NCBI GenBank assembly: GCA_025594325.1
Contig: JANHCV010000015.1
Location: 434,001 to 498,000 of the forward strand
Direction of reading: 5' to 3'
DNA length: 64,000 nt
Source of the DNA: Blastocladiella emersonii ATCC 22665
Taxonomy: Eukaryota > Fungi > Blastocladiomycota
The position numbers and the translations under genes were made by a program. A model generated the notes under the pieces. It made no database searches and was not told where the DNA came from. It saw nothing but the letters and a program-made list of their open reading frames with translations. The stretch's first letter is position 1; the number at the start of each line of letters is the position of its first letter. Below are positions 33,252-44,499 of the stretch, one piece after another.

Positions 33252-34913
33252 ATGGATCAGACTTCTTGCAACAATGCCACTCCGGGTCCACGGGCAGCCG
33301 ATTTGGCGGGCTCAAGAGTGTCGACCACGGCTGTCGGGACCGTTCCCGGCGCTCACCTGGCCGTTCCGACACTTCAGCCTCAGCATCGCTCAGCGTCGCC
33401 GTGGTCCGCGGACTTGTCTTCACAGGTGTCACCGCCTGTGCCGCCTCAATTTCAACACTCAATGAATATCTTCCAGCAACTTCAGGTCCTGCCCTCGTAT
33501 ACTGTTCTACGCGATACTATGCTTCCTCGCGACGCATCACATCTCTCCTCTGTCAACTCGCTGCTTGTGCGCGAGGTGGGGGCCCTGCGGGCGGAGCGCG
33601 ACGCACTTTTGTTGGAGCGCACTCGAGACCAGGCGCGCGCGTTGGACGCGCATCGCGATCTCGAGCGACTTCGAAGTCAACTGATTGCCGTGCGCACGGA
33701 ACGTGACGATCTGGTCAACGCACTTGCTGCAGCCAAACTCCTTCTCAATGGGACCGACGACCGATGCAATCAACTCACGGCGAAACTTTGCCAATCACGG
33801 ACCGCGCTCGAAGCTGCTCATACGGACCGCTCTCATCTCGAATCGAAGCTCGCCGAGGCGTACTCGGACCGCGGTCAGGCGATTCAGCGCATGCATGCCG
33901 CTGAAAAGCAGATCGCCGAGCTCGCTAAACATCTCGGTGGTCCCGGCGTCGTCGAACTTCTTATTGCACGCCGAGTCGAGCCACTTGATTCTCATCTCGA
34001 AGACAATGCTCACTTGGCGCGTCTGCGGTCTGACGCGGCCCACCACAAGACTGCGGAATGCCTCGCGATCTCCGAGTCCAAGGCGGCAGCCCTTGCCGTC
34101 GAGTTAGCTGCTGTTTACAACGTGTATAAGCAGGCGACGACTGCTGTGGCCAAGCTCGCCGCGCAACGCAACCGCTGCTTGGATCGCAGGGCGTCTGCCG
34201 AACACTCACTCAGCAATCTCACCAAGGAACTTGACGCTGCCAAGCGCCAGCTCGAGCCGCCCAGCGCGCAACTCGCGCAATCACAGCAGGAGTTGGGTTC
34301 CATGGATAACAGCTACCTCATCACGCAACTAGCCAGCAACGGCTTACATTTTGCTCAGCAACAGGACGACTACTCCAGCTTTGCCGGGCAGCTCGGGGAA
34401 ACCCAGTTGCGCGACAGCGCGATGTGCTTGTTGGCTGGCCAGCGCATCGATTCGGAGCTCACCCAAGACTACATCCCGCACGTCTCGACGACTCTTCCGC
34501 TCGCTTTTCTCTCGCACATTCAGCCCAGCGCTGGAGCAAATACCGCTCACGTTGCTGATTTGGGTCTGAACGCTTATGATGGCCCACTGCTCGCTCCCAC
34601 CGCGCAGCCTCACCCGATCCCGTCTACATTGCAGTTGCAATCACACTTGCCGAGCAAGCGTTCTGCAGCCGAGACTTACAGTCGCACCGGCGCCTTCGCT
34701 CTGCGCGCCAAGCGTGCTCGATCCGAGGTCATCGATCAAATATTTGACGCGCGGCGAATCCATGGAACTGTCGAGTACCTCGTTCTGCGGAGCGGTTACA
34801 AACAGCGGACATGGAAGTTATACGAGGAGCTCAAGGGCGTCAACCAAAAGCACCTCGTTCTCATCGCTGACTTTCACGCTCAAAACCCGCACAAGCCTGA
34901 CCCGAGGACGTAG
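33252..34913 (+). CDS. Coiled-coil + chromodomain protein, copy 3
   Basis: Start acgaaactaATG (MDQTS); ends IDQIFDARRIHGTVEYLVLRSGYKQRTWKLYEEL...DFHAQNPHKPDP. Confidence 0.8.
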   Translation: MDQTSCNNATPGPRAADLAGSRVSTTAVGTVPGAHLAVPTLQPQHRSASPWSADLSSQVSPPVPPQFQHSMNIFQQLQVLPSYTVLRDTMLPRDASHLSSVNSLLVREVGALRAERDALLLERTRDQARALDAHRDLERLRSQLIAVRTERDDLVNALAAAKLLLNGTDDRCNQLTAKLCQSRTALEAAHTDRSHLESKLAEAYSDRGQAIQRMHAAEKQIAELAKHLGGPGVVELLIARRVEPLDSHLEDNAHLARLRSDAAHHKTAECLAISESKAAALAVELAAVYNVYKQATTAVAKLAAQRNRCLDRRASAEHSLSNLTKELDAAKRQLEPPSAQLAQSQQELGSMDNSYLITQLASNGLHFAQQQDDYSSFAGQLGETQLRDSAMCLLAGQRIDSELTQDYIPHVSTTLPLAFLSHIQPSAGANTAHVADLGLNAYDGPLLAPTAQPHPIPSTLQLQSHLPSKRSAAETYSRTGAFALRAKRARSEVIDQIFDARRIHGTVEYLVLRSGYKQRTWKLYEELKGVNQKHLVLIADFHAQNPHKPDPRT

Positions 34914-35509
34914 CTGGGGCCAAGCTGTCGTGAGCTGCGCAATATACATCTGACTCGTTTGCCAATCCAGCTAGCCAACCAATCGAAATGGTTGTCCGTG
35001 GCCCGGCCGGATGATTGTGCAGGTCCTGCGAGGGGAACGTGGCTCGCACCTTCGGACGACTTGAAGCGACGCGTTGCAAGATCGCGTGCCATATCAGAGG
35101 ACCTTCGTGTCTGGCACCGTCCACTGAACTCGTAGGCGTCGGCCCCGTTTATTGCAGGCATCAGAGCTAGGTTTCACGCCATAAGATCGGCGAGACGACT
35201 TCTCGCTGCCCAGCTGGTGAGAGACTCGCGGTGGGAGTTGCTGGGCCTAGACACGCGTCATGCGTTTGCCCTGGGCACCGCAGATGCTAGCGATAAACGA
35301 TCAACTCAAGAGAAGCAAGCACGCTGTCATGCGTGATGCCTCGCGCTTACATCCCGAGCCATCGACGCGACGCGATGAAACGCGCCGCACGTGCTGTGGC
35401 GCAGCATCAGATCGGGTGACTCCTCTCTCGCGGCCAGGGGTCATTCTCGTCCCTGGCGCGCTTGCTCTCTCTCTCTCCCGCTCCGAAACTAGAGCTATAA
35501 ACGAAACCA

Positions 35510-36874
35510 ATGAACCAGACTTCTTGCATACGGACGCCGACGGACTCAGCGGCACAAGCCGCTTCCCCCAGGACGCGTGGCTTCGCACTCCCTCGCCCCT
35601 CGAGCCCTCAGCCGATCAAACAGTCGCAGCTTCAGTCTCACGAGGCGTCGACGAGACCCGCGGACTCAACTTCCAAGTCGCAACTTCCTCCATCCATGGT
35701 TGCTCAACCTTGCGAATCGATGCATGTCCTCCAGCAACTGCGATTGTTACCCTCGTCCAGCGTGTTTGACGATGCAGCAGAGCTCCCCCTAAACGATTCT
35801 AACCTTGTGCTTGAGCTGGATCTCCTTCGTACGGAACGCGACGCACTCTTGGCGGAGCGCACGCGGAACCAGGGCCGTGCTTTGGATGTACAGCGGGATC
35901 TCGAGCAGCTTCGGAACCAGGTGACTTCTGCGCGCGCGGAACGGGACGAGGTCGCGGATGCTCTTTCTGCTTCGAATCAGCTTCTCGAGGAGTCCAACGT
36001 CCGTTACGACAGACTTGCAGCGGAACTCGGCAAATTGCGTACCGCGCTTGACGATACTCGCGCCGAACGTGCCATTCTGGTTCAAGCTCGCGACGATGCT
36101 GTCACAGCTCACTCTCAACTCGAGTCCCAGCTCTCCGACTCGGCGACGGAGCTTGCAAAGGCGACATATTGTATCGCACGCAGCTCGCGCAAACTCAGCA
36201 GGAGCTCGGCTCGATTTTCCATGGAAAATAAGCGTCTCTCCGCGCAGCTCGCCAACAACACGCAGCTCGTCAACAAAAACTTGCAGGTCTCTTATCCACA
36301 CGTTTACCAGTCCAGCTTGGCCGAACAGCTCAAAGGGGCTCAGTTGCTCCGCGCGATGCACCAGTCGGCTCACCGGCACTTGGAGCCTGAGCTTGCCCAG
36401 AAAAGTGTCTCGCACGTTCGGATAGCGCCTCGACCCGATCCGCAGCAACGCACTCCGCCCAACGTTGGTGGGAGCACCGGCTACGTTACTGACTCGGGAA
36501 TCGACGTGTTTGGTTTCCCGGCGCTTGCTCCCGCCACGCAACCCTACTCCGCCTTGTCTCAGCCGCCCCTGTACTCGCAGCTGTCCAAAAAACGTTTAGT
36601 GTCCCAGCGCGCTTCCAATGCGGCTTCAAGTCCCGATGTTCCGCGCAGTACGCACGGCAAGCGTAGCCGATACAAGACACCAGGTTATCTCGTGGAACAC
36701 ATCTTTGGCGCACGTCTACTCGGTGATACGGTCGAGTACTACGTTTTGCGGTGTGGGCACCGAAATCGGGCGTGGAAGTCGTTCGAGGAGCTCAAGTACG
36801 TCAACGCGAAGCACCTCGATTTGATCGCTGCGTTCCACGCCCGGAATCCCGGCAAACCTGTTCCACGCATGTAG
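35510..36874 (+). CDS. Coiled-coil + chromodomain protein, copy 4 (shortened coiled coil)
   Basis: MNQTS start; ends YLVEHIFGARLLGDTVEYYVLRCGHRNRAWKSFEEL...AFHARNPGKPVP. Confidence 0.8.
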   Translation: MNQTSCIRTPTDSAAQAASPRTRGFALPRPSSPQPIKQSQLQSHEASTRPADSTSKSQLPPSMVAQPCESMHVLQQLRLLPSSSVFDDAAELPLNDSNLVLELDLLRTERDALLAERTRNQGRALDVQRDLEQLRNQVTSARAERDEVADALSASNQLLEESNVRYDRLAAELGKLRTALDDTRAERAILVQARDDAVTAHSQLESQLSDSATELAKATYCIARSSRKLSRSSARFSMENKRLSAQLANNTQLVNKNLQVSYPHVYQSSLAEQLKGAQLLRAMHQSAHRHLEPELAQKSVSHVRIAPRPDPQQRTPPNVGGSTGYVTDSGIDVFGFPALAPATQPYSALSQPPLYSQLSKKRLVSQRASNAASSPDVPRSTHGKRSRYKTPGYLVEHIFGARLLGDTVEYYVLRCGHRNRAWKSFEELKYVNAKHLDLIAAFHARNPGKPVPRM

Positions 36875-37167
36875 ATAACGCAAAGCTGTTGCGATTTGCA
36901 TCATGCACTATCGGTCCATCAGTCCATCAAATCTCGTTGTTTGATAGGGAATACGATTGATGTCGTGGGTGATGGCGCGGACTCGTGAGCAAGGCTTGGC
37001 GTTCGGTTCAGGCGAAAAAAAACGCGACGTGTGTGTGGGAGACATTCCGTGCACGCGATCGACGCGTCGCGACGCGTGGCACGTGGAGGTGGTCAAGGAA
37101 TTTGCTCTCGTCCGTGGCGCGCACGCATGCCCCTCTTGCTCTGAACCTAAACCTAGAAACGAAACTA

Positions 37168-38800
37168 ATGAATCAGACTTCTTGCAAACAAATGCCAGGT
37201 CCTCCGGCAGCGCACTCCGCTGGTTGTCTCTATTCCGGCGCTCAGCAGGTTGCTCCGTCACTTCATCCTCAGTACCCTCCCGCGCCGACGTGGCCCGCCG
37301 ACTTCACTTCGTCGTCGCAGGTCCCGCCACGCATGTTGCCTCAATACTACACTTCAATGCGTGTTATCCAGCACCTGCGGTCGCTACCCCCGTCCACCGT
37401 CTTCAGCAATCCAACCCAGATTCCAGCAGGCAATTTCTCACTCGAGCGCGATCTGGAGCTTCTTCGGGCGGAACGCAACGTGCTGTTGGCGGAGCGCGCG
37501 CGAGACCAGGCGCGCGCCTTGGACGCGCATCGCGAACTCGAACAACTTCGCAGCCAGCTCGCCGCTGCACGGACGGAGCGTGATGAGGTGGCCGACGTGC
37601 TTGCTACGACAAATCTGCTTCTCGAGGAGGCCGACGCCCGATCCAATCAACTCGCGATGGAACTTTCCGAGTCACGGACCGCGCTGGACGACTCTCGCGC
37701 TGAACGTAACAAACTCGCTCAAGCTCGCGACGATGCTGTCAATGCTCGCTCTTATCTCGAAGCCCAGCTTGCCGACTCGACCGCGGCACTTGCTCGGGCA
37801 TACTCGGACCGCAGCCAGGCACTCCAGCGCATGCATTCCGCGGAAAAGCAGATTTCCGAGCTTGCGGTACAACTCTGCGGTCCTGGCGCCGCCAAACTTC
37901 TCAATACGCGCCGATTCGAGCCGACCCATTCCCCTCTCGAAGAGAGCGTTCACTTGGCGTGCCTACGGTCTGACGCCGACCACCACAGGACCGCAGACTG
38001 TCTCGCTATCTCGGCGACCAAGGCCGCTGCTCTTGCGGCTGAGCTCGCTTCTGTGAACAATTTGTATGAGCGTGCGACTATTGCTGCGGTTGATCTTACC
38101 ACGCAACGCGACCACTACTTGACTTGCACACTTGCTGCCGAACACTCACTCAGCAATCTCACCCAGGAGCTTGACGATGCCAAACGCAAGCTCAAGTCGT
38201 CGAACGCGCAGCTCGCGCAAACGCAACAAGAACTGGACTCAGTCATCAAAGGGAATAGAGGTATTGTCGCTCAGCTCGCCACCAAGGACTCGCAGCTTTC
38301 TCAGCAACAGCTCGACCACGCCAGCTTGGTTGGTCAGCTTGAACAAGCCCAGACGCGCGTCGCGATGCATCTCGCGGCCCAACAGCGTGCTGAAACTGAT
38401 CTCGCCCAGGAGCGCGCTGTGCACGCCGAGACGACGCGCTGGATTGCCTTGCTTCAGGACCGCTAGTCGAGCGCTAGTACGGACGCCAATACCGCGGCTG
38501 ACTCGGGCCTGGACAGCTCTGCGACACCCGAACCTACTCCCGTCATGCATTCTCAGCCCATCAAGTCCTTGCCGGTGCAATCGCGTCCGCCAAGGAAGCG
38601 CCCTGCAGTCGAGTGCAACTCTAGTGTGGCTTCTAGCGCTGCCGGATCCTCCGCTCCGCGTGTCAAGCGCACTCGAATCGTGGTCATCGGTCCAAGCAAC
38701 GGACGTGGAAGTGCTACGAGGAGCTCAAGTGCGCGAATCTGAGGCATCCCGACCTCTTCGCCGATTTTCACGCTTGAAACCCCGACAAACCTGATCCGCG
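37168..38800 (+). pseudogene. Coiled-coil family copy 5: TAG at 38464-38466, chromodomain half-deleted
   Basis: Homology continues past the stop. A shifted frame gives KQRTWKCYEELKCANLRHPDLFADFHA*NPDKPDP, while the front half of the chromodomain is missing. Confidence 0.75.
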
Positions 38801-39092
38801 TACACAGAGAGATGGGGACACACTGCCGTGACTTGCGCCATACATATCCGACTCGTTTGCAAATGAACCTCGCCTCGCACGCACACGGCCCGAACGAGTG
38901 GACAGGATCTGAGCGGGATGTGGCGCGCACGTTCGGGCGACACGAGGCGACGCGTCGCGATATCACGCGAAAATCAGACCACACACGTGGCGCCGCCCCG
39001 CTCGGCGCTCCGCCAGGGGGACTTGGCTCCGCTCGCTCAACGAGGCGCAAGCGACACCTTGCGCTCCCTCGGGCAACCAACCAACGAAGCTA

Positions 39093-41006
39093 ATGGATAT
39101 GACTTTTGGCAACGTTCAGCCAGGACTTGCTGCATCGTTTTTGGTGGCGGAAGCAGCGCCGCTCCCTGGTCTTCCGGCGCCGACCGATGCTCTTCTCCAG
39201 GGCGAGCAAAACCGTGCACACGCGCAGCGGCCGGTTTCGCTTCAACCGTGTGACCAGCCTCATTTGGACCCGCATGCGCTGCGCTTGCGTGCGGGCTTAA
39301 CTGCCGCGGACGAACGACTTGCCGCCCAGGAGGGCGTAGCGAACGCGCTTCGGACCGAACGCGACCAGCTTGGCACCGAACTTGCCGAAGCGCGCCGACG
39401 CGTGCGCGAGCTTCAAGCTGCCCATGCGGCTGAGCTCACAGCTGTCTGGGCGCAGCGCGACACGGCCGTTCGCGAGCGGAATGACGCCGTTGCATCGGCC
39501 GAGGACCTCGGCGCCGACCTTCGTATCGCCAAAATCAAGCTTACAGCGGCCGACGAGCTCCGTGAAGTCGCCGAGAACCGCGTCTCGCGACTCAAGGGCG
39601 AGCTCGACAGTTTTCGGAGCCAGCCAGCTGCGGCCTTACCCTGCCCTGCTTCGCTTACGGACGAGCTCTCTGCTACAAAACGAGACCTTGCGCAGGCTAC
39701 GGCGAAGCTTCACGCGGCCGAGACTCGTGCTGCCTCGCTTTCCGCCGAGCTCGACGCGACCCAGCTTGCTCTCACGCAGTCTCGCGACGATCACGCCAAG
39801 GTTTCCGCTTTGCTCTCTACCGCCGAGGATAGCATCGCCCACCTTACGGTGCAGGTCGACGAACTGACCGCGAACCGCGACGACCTTGCGGACCGGCTTG
39901 CTTCAGCCGAATCCCGCCTCTCTCAGTTGCCTCTGGAGCACGATGCGGAACTACGCCGGCTTGCGGGCGACCACACAAAGACCTCCAAGCTACTTTCCAT
40001 CGCCGACGGTAAGATTACCAGCTTTACGATGCAAATTGACAAACTGTCGACGGACCGCGACAGTCTCACTGAGCGGCTTGCCTTGTCCGAATCCAAACAC
40101 TCTCAGCTGATCCCCGAGCACGACGCGACGCTGCGGCAACTTGCTCAAGCCGAGTCCATGGCTCACGTTTCGGCCGCCGAACTCGCGACCGTCAAGGCGG
40201 CCCACAAGTCAACGCGAATTGCATTGGTCGAGTCCACGACGCGGATCGGCGAGCTTACGTCCCGCTCGCTTGCTGCAGAACAGTCGACTGCAAAGCTTGC
40301 CAAACAGCTTAATGAAACTAAATCCGCCACTCCCAACCAGGATTCGCGTATTGCGGGCTTGACGATGGAGCTTAGCCAGACTCGCTCAAAGCTTCGCATT
40401 GAATCCGAGGCGTGCGCGCTTTTCAGCGAGAAATACGAACGTGCTTCAGCTGATCTCAAGGAATCTCGAGGCGCGATCGCCCAGCTCCGTCGCGAAAACG
40501 AGCAGCTTTCTCTTTGACGCATCACGCTCTCGGAGCAGGGCATCCGCGCCCCGCATCTTCCGGACGAGGCAGTTGCACGCTGGGCTAGCGTGGACCCGAC
40601 CACGGCGATCCGCCGGTACCCGCTCTCTGAGCCGCTTCAAGCTCTTTTGGACAACGTGCGCGCTTCCGCCTTCCAAATGCTCAAGTACGTTGAGCAAGGC
40701 AAGGTCCCGCTTCCGGAAGCGATTCGCGGCGCCTGGTCGGCTGTCCGCGTTCAAATCGACGCGGCGTTCGTCGAGCGAGAGCGCGCCCATCTTGACAGCT
40801 GCCTCGTGCTCCTCAAGGAGGCGGAAAACAGGTGTCACAACCTTGCGATATGCGGCCAGGCTCGTTTGGCTCGTACCCTCGCCGACCAAGCCGCCGCTAA
40901 GGCTGGTGATCAGGTTAACGCGTCAGCAAGCGCTGTTGCGGCTTCTCAAGCGCAGCTGGACACGAGCGACCCGCGCCAGTCCAAGCGACGCCGGACTGAC
41001 GCATAG
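39093..41006 (+). pseudogene. Coiled-coil family copy 6 (subtype B, non-chromo C-terminus) with in-frame TGA at 40515-40517
   Basis: ORFs 39093-40517 and 40590-41006 are in the same frame, and the C-terminal domain aligns with copies 8 and 9. Contains a 60-aa internal duplication. Could still encode a truncated 474-aa protein. Confidence 0.7.
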
Positions 41007-41358
41007 GTCCCGAGTCAGATCTTGCGTCGTTCTCTCGTGCATTTCGCTAATATCATTGTTTTTTGTTCCAATCTGATCGTTTTTTTTTTGCACTTTCTCA
41101 GTTGGTGGTCGATGGTACACTCTTAGCGGCGGAGAGTGCGATGTGCGGGTCGATGAGCTCTCCAAGTGACCCGATGTGCGCTTGAACTTCGCAACGAGCG
41201 GGGCGTGTGCGCTCGCGGCGAGCAGTGGGACGCGTCGCGATATCACGCCATGATTCAGGAAAACACGTGCGTGGAGTCACCCCCAGATTTCTCAATACAT
41301 GCGCCACAGGCTGCGAGCCCGCGCTTGCTCTCTAGAGCACACAAAAACAACGAAACTA

Positions 41359-41745
41359 ATGGATCCGACTTCCAGCAACGTTGAGCCGGAACCCGGTGCA
41401 GCGTTGTCATTCCTGGACCAGGCCGTGACGACTGAAGCTGAGCTCCAGGGCGACCCGCAACCTGCTTTCTTGCATCATCCACTTTCCGTTCTTCCACTCG
41501 CTTAACTTCACCATGACCCAAACATGCTCCCCTCGCGCGAAGGCTTGTCCGCAGCAGACGCACGACTTGCTGCCAAAGAGCGCGTGGTGCTTGTTCTCCG
41601 GACCGAACGCGACCAGCTTGGTGATGAACTTACCCAAGCACGACAGCGGATCCGGGAGCTTCAATCTTCTCACGCAACCGAGCTCGCCGCCGTCTGGGCC
41701 CAACGCGACACCGCTGTCCGCGAGCGCAATGACGCCGTCGCATAG
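41359..41745 (+). pseudogene. Coiled-coil family copy 7, truncated 5' fragment
   Basis: aacgaaactaATG (MDPTS), TAA at 41503 where the paralog has CAA, a frameshift, then LRTERDQLGDEL...RNDAVA*; no further homology. Confidence 0.8.
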
Positions 41746-42167
41746 CTCGCAGCCCAAAGCGGCCCCGGACGGGACCATAGGTCCTGAAGCAATCAACTCA
41801 TAAATTTTATCATCATGTTTGCACATTCTTACCTTTTTCTTCACATGACATCCGCAAGCGAGAAGAACGCGTCAGTGTCGCGTGTCTCGCGCTAGGCGTG
41901 TCCTGAACATCATTTCACAACGCGTATTGTTGGGACCGGTCAGTGCTGGGCCCCGAGCTCGGCTTGTAGGAGAACCCGCGTTGTCGTTTTGTTTCCGTTT
42001 CTGTGCGCACTGCTGTCAACGCTGCGTTCGCGGTGTGCGATGGGACGTGTCGCGATATCACGCGGGTAATCAGGTGCGTGGCGCCGCCTCGCCCTGCTTC
42101 ACACACGACAGCACGGGCGCAAGCACAACGTTCCTTCACTCGCTCACTCCACCAAACAACGAAGCTA

Positions 42168-43991
42168 ATGGATCCGACTTCCGGCAACGTCCAGCCGGGA
42201 CACGGGGCCGCCTTGTTGCTTGCGGCGGCGGGGCTGCTGCCCGATCAAATGGCGGCACCCGAAGCTCAACCCCAGGGCGGGCCGCAGCCTGCTGCTCCCT
42301 TACATCAAGCAGCTTCAATTCTTCCGCTCGCCCAACCTCAGCTTGAGCCGGACGCGCTTCGCTTGCGTAAGGATCTGTCCGATGCGAACCGTCGACTCGC
42401 CGTCCAAGAGCGCATGACGGATGCGCTTCGAACCGAATGCGATCAACTCGGCGCCGAGCTTAGCGAATCGCGGCGACACTTGCGAGAGCTTCGAACCTCG
42501 CATGCGGCCGAGCTTGCCACTATCTGTGCCCAACGCGACGCCGCCGTACGCGAACGCGATGCCGCTATTCGCGAACTCGACGACGCAATCGCATCGGCAG
42601 AAGACCTCGGTACCCAGTTTCGCATAACCAACATCAAGCTCGCTGGCGCCGACGAGATTCGCCAACTTGCCGATACTCGCGCTTCTCGGCTCAAGGACGA
42701 GCTGGACAGAGCTCGGAACCAGCCATCTACGGCTACCCCCGATCTCACCAACGAGCTTGCTGCCGCACAGCAACAACTCGCTCAGGCCACAACGATGCTT
42801 CACGCGGTCGAGACTCGCGCTGCCACGCTCGCCGCCGAGCTCAATGCGACCCAGCTTGCCCTCACGCAGTCTCGGGACAACCACGCCAAGGCTTCGGACT
42901 TGCTCTCGACCGCCGAGGACAACATCGCCAGTTTTACAACGCAAGTCAACGAACTGACTGCGAACCGCAACGAGCTTGCGGAACGACTTGCTTCAACCGA
43001 ATCCAGGCTTTCTCAGCTGCTCCCGGAGCACGATGCGACGCTGCGCCAGCTTGCACAAACCAAGTTCACGGCTCAATCTTCGGCCGCCGAACTCGCAGCC
43101 GTCAAGGCGGCACACGATGCCGCGCTTCGCACGCTGGCTGATTCCAATGCGCGGATCGACGAACTTACCTCTTGCTTGCTTGCATCCAAGCAATCGACCG
43201 CAAAGCTTACCAGCCAGCTCAATGCCGCCGAATCCGACGCACTCAAGCGGACTACGCGCATTACAGACTTGCAGTCCGAGCTTGACCAGACCCGCGAGCA
43301 GTGTCGCTTACAGACTGCTCAGGTCGCAGAACTGCGAGGAAAGTACGAAATTGCGCTTGCCGAGCGCGCCGCACTTAACGCGGATCATTCAGAAGCAGCG
43401 CAGCGGATTCATCTTCTTCAACAGGAAAACGAGCGGCTTACCGAAGCGATGGAGCTCGGTATTCCCTATCTGGTTAGCACCAACGAAGACTTGGCAGACT
43501 GGGCTGGTGTTGATTCGAGCGTCGTCATCCAAAAGTATCCACTTGGGGAGCCGCTTCAGACGGTTCTGGACAAAGTACGCCAGATGGGACGCAGATTCTT
43601 CGCGCAAATCGAAGTGGGTAAACTTGCTCAACCATGCGCGATTCGCGGCGACTGGTCGGAAGTTGATTGGGAACTTGATCCGGAGTGGGACGAGCGCGAG
43701 CACATTCATCGTCATAACTGCGTTGCGTACCTCAACAAGGCGTTTTCCGAATGCTTTCATCTTGTCAAGTTCGCAACTGCACGCAATGCTCTTTTACTGC
43801 GCGATGGAACCCTGGCGAAAGAGAAGGGTGGACCGGAGGCGCCCACGACCGCGGTAACGGCTCAAGAAGCGCCGTTGGACGTGGATGAGGAGCCTTTGGT
43901 CGTGGCGGAGTCGTTGGTCGCGGAGGAGGCGTCGGTCGTGGAAGAGCCCGAAGGCCTGCGCCGCCCAAAGCGACGCCGGACGGCAGAGTAG
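42168..43991 (+). CDS. Coiled-coil family copy 8 (subtype B), intact
   Basis: aacgaagctaATG (MDPTSGNVQPG), long heptads, WAGVD...YPL...IRGDWS domain, terminal NLS-like RRPKRRRT. Confidence 0.8.
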   Translation: MDPTSGNVQPGHGAALLLAAAGLLPDQMAAPEAQPQGGPQPAAPLHQAASILPLAQPQLEPDALRLRKDLSDANRRLAVQERMTDALRTECDQLGAELSESRRHLRELRTSHAAELATICAQRDAAVRERDAAIRELDDAIASAEDLGTQFRITNIKLAGADEIRQLADTRASRLKDELDRARNQPSTATPDLTNELAAAQQQLAQATTMLHAVETRAATLAAELNATQLALTQSRDNHAKASDLLSTAEDNIASFTTQVNELTANRNELAERLASTESRLSQLLPEHDATLRQLAQTKFTAQSSAAELAAVKAAHDAALRTLADSNARIDELTSCLLASKQSTAKLTSQLNAAESDALKRTTRITDLQSELDQTREQCRLQTAQVAELRGKYEIALAERAALNADHSEAAQRIHLLQQENERLTEAMELGIPYLVSTNEDLADWAGVDSSVVIQKYPLGEPLQTVLDKVRQMGRRFFAQIEVGKLAQPCAIRGDWSEVDWELDPEWDEREHIHRHNCVAYLNKAFSECFHLVKFATARNALLLRDGTLAKEKGGPEAPTTAVTAQEAPLDVDEEPLVVAESLVAEEASVVEEPEGLRRPKRRRTAE

Positions 43992-44010
43992 TTTTCAAAC
44001 ATAAATAACT

Positions 44011-44330
44011 TGTTTTGTATTGTTCAACGTTTATCTACATTTATCTATTCGAAGAAACGCGTCAGTGTCTCATGTCTCTCGCGCTCATCGTGACCCGAAA
44101 CGTGATTTCGAGACGCATGCCAAGCTGCTCAGTGTCAGCGACCGAGCCCCCTTTCGCGTTCAAGTGCAATCGCCGAATCGATGTAGTTACTCGTAACTGG
44201 CAACTGCGAGCTCATGTTGCGAACAAAAATTGGGAAGCAAAATTGATGATGTTTCTTGATACGCTCCTGGTATACAACACACATTTTCTACCACACGTCG
44301 GTGCTTTCTTTCCGTTCTTCCCCTCAATAC
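44011..44330. repeat. Degenerate copy of the 46301-46630 intergenic region, including the last codons of the ABC-F gene
   Basis: Shared aaacgcgt(c/g)agtgtctcatgtctctcgcg...gtgatttcg...gcgaccgagccc...gcaaaa(t/c)tgatgatg blocks. The minus strand reads EGKNGKKAPTCG vs EKKGKKAPARG in ABC-F. Confidence 0.75.
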
Positions 44331-44499
44331 CGCCGACGGTCCGTTCGCGGTGAGCGAGGAGACGCGTCGCAATATCACGCCGCTCGTCAGGAGACCTCGT
44401 GAGTGGCGCCGCCTCGCCATTTTCGTTCTCGCAACAGACAGCATCAGTCGCCGTGCTCGCGCATCCTCCGCTCGCTCGCTTGACCAAACAACGAAGCTA

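Noticed and set aside
29009-36874. Coiled-coil/chromodomain genes as intact chromovirus retrotransposons
   Set aside because: No LTRs, gag zinc knuckle, protease, RT, RNase H or integrase core seen; only the chromodomain resembles them.
27884-40517. Premature stops as programmed readthrough or A-to-I editing sites
   Set aside because: Paralogs have Arg, Leu or Gln rather than Trp at the alignable sites, and several of the same copies carry frameshifts or deletions; ordinary decay is simpler.
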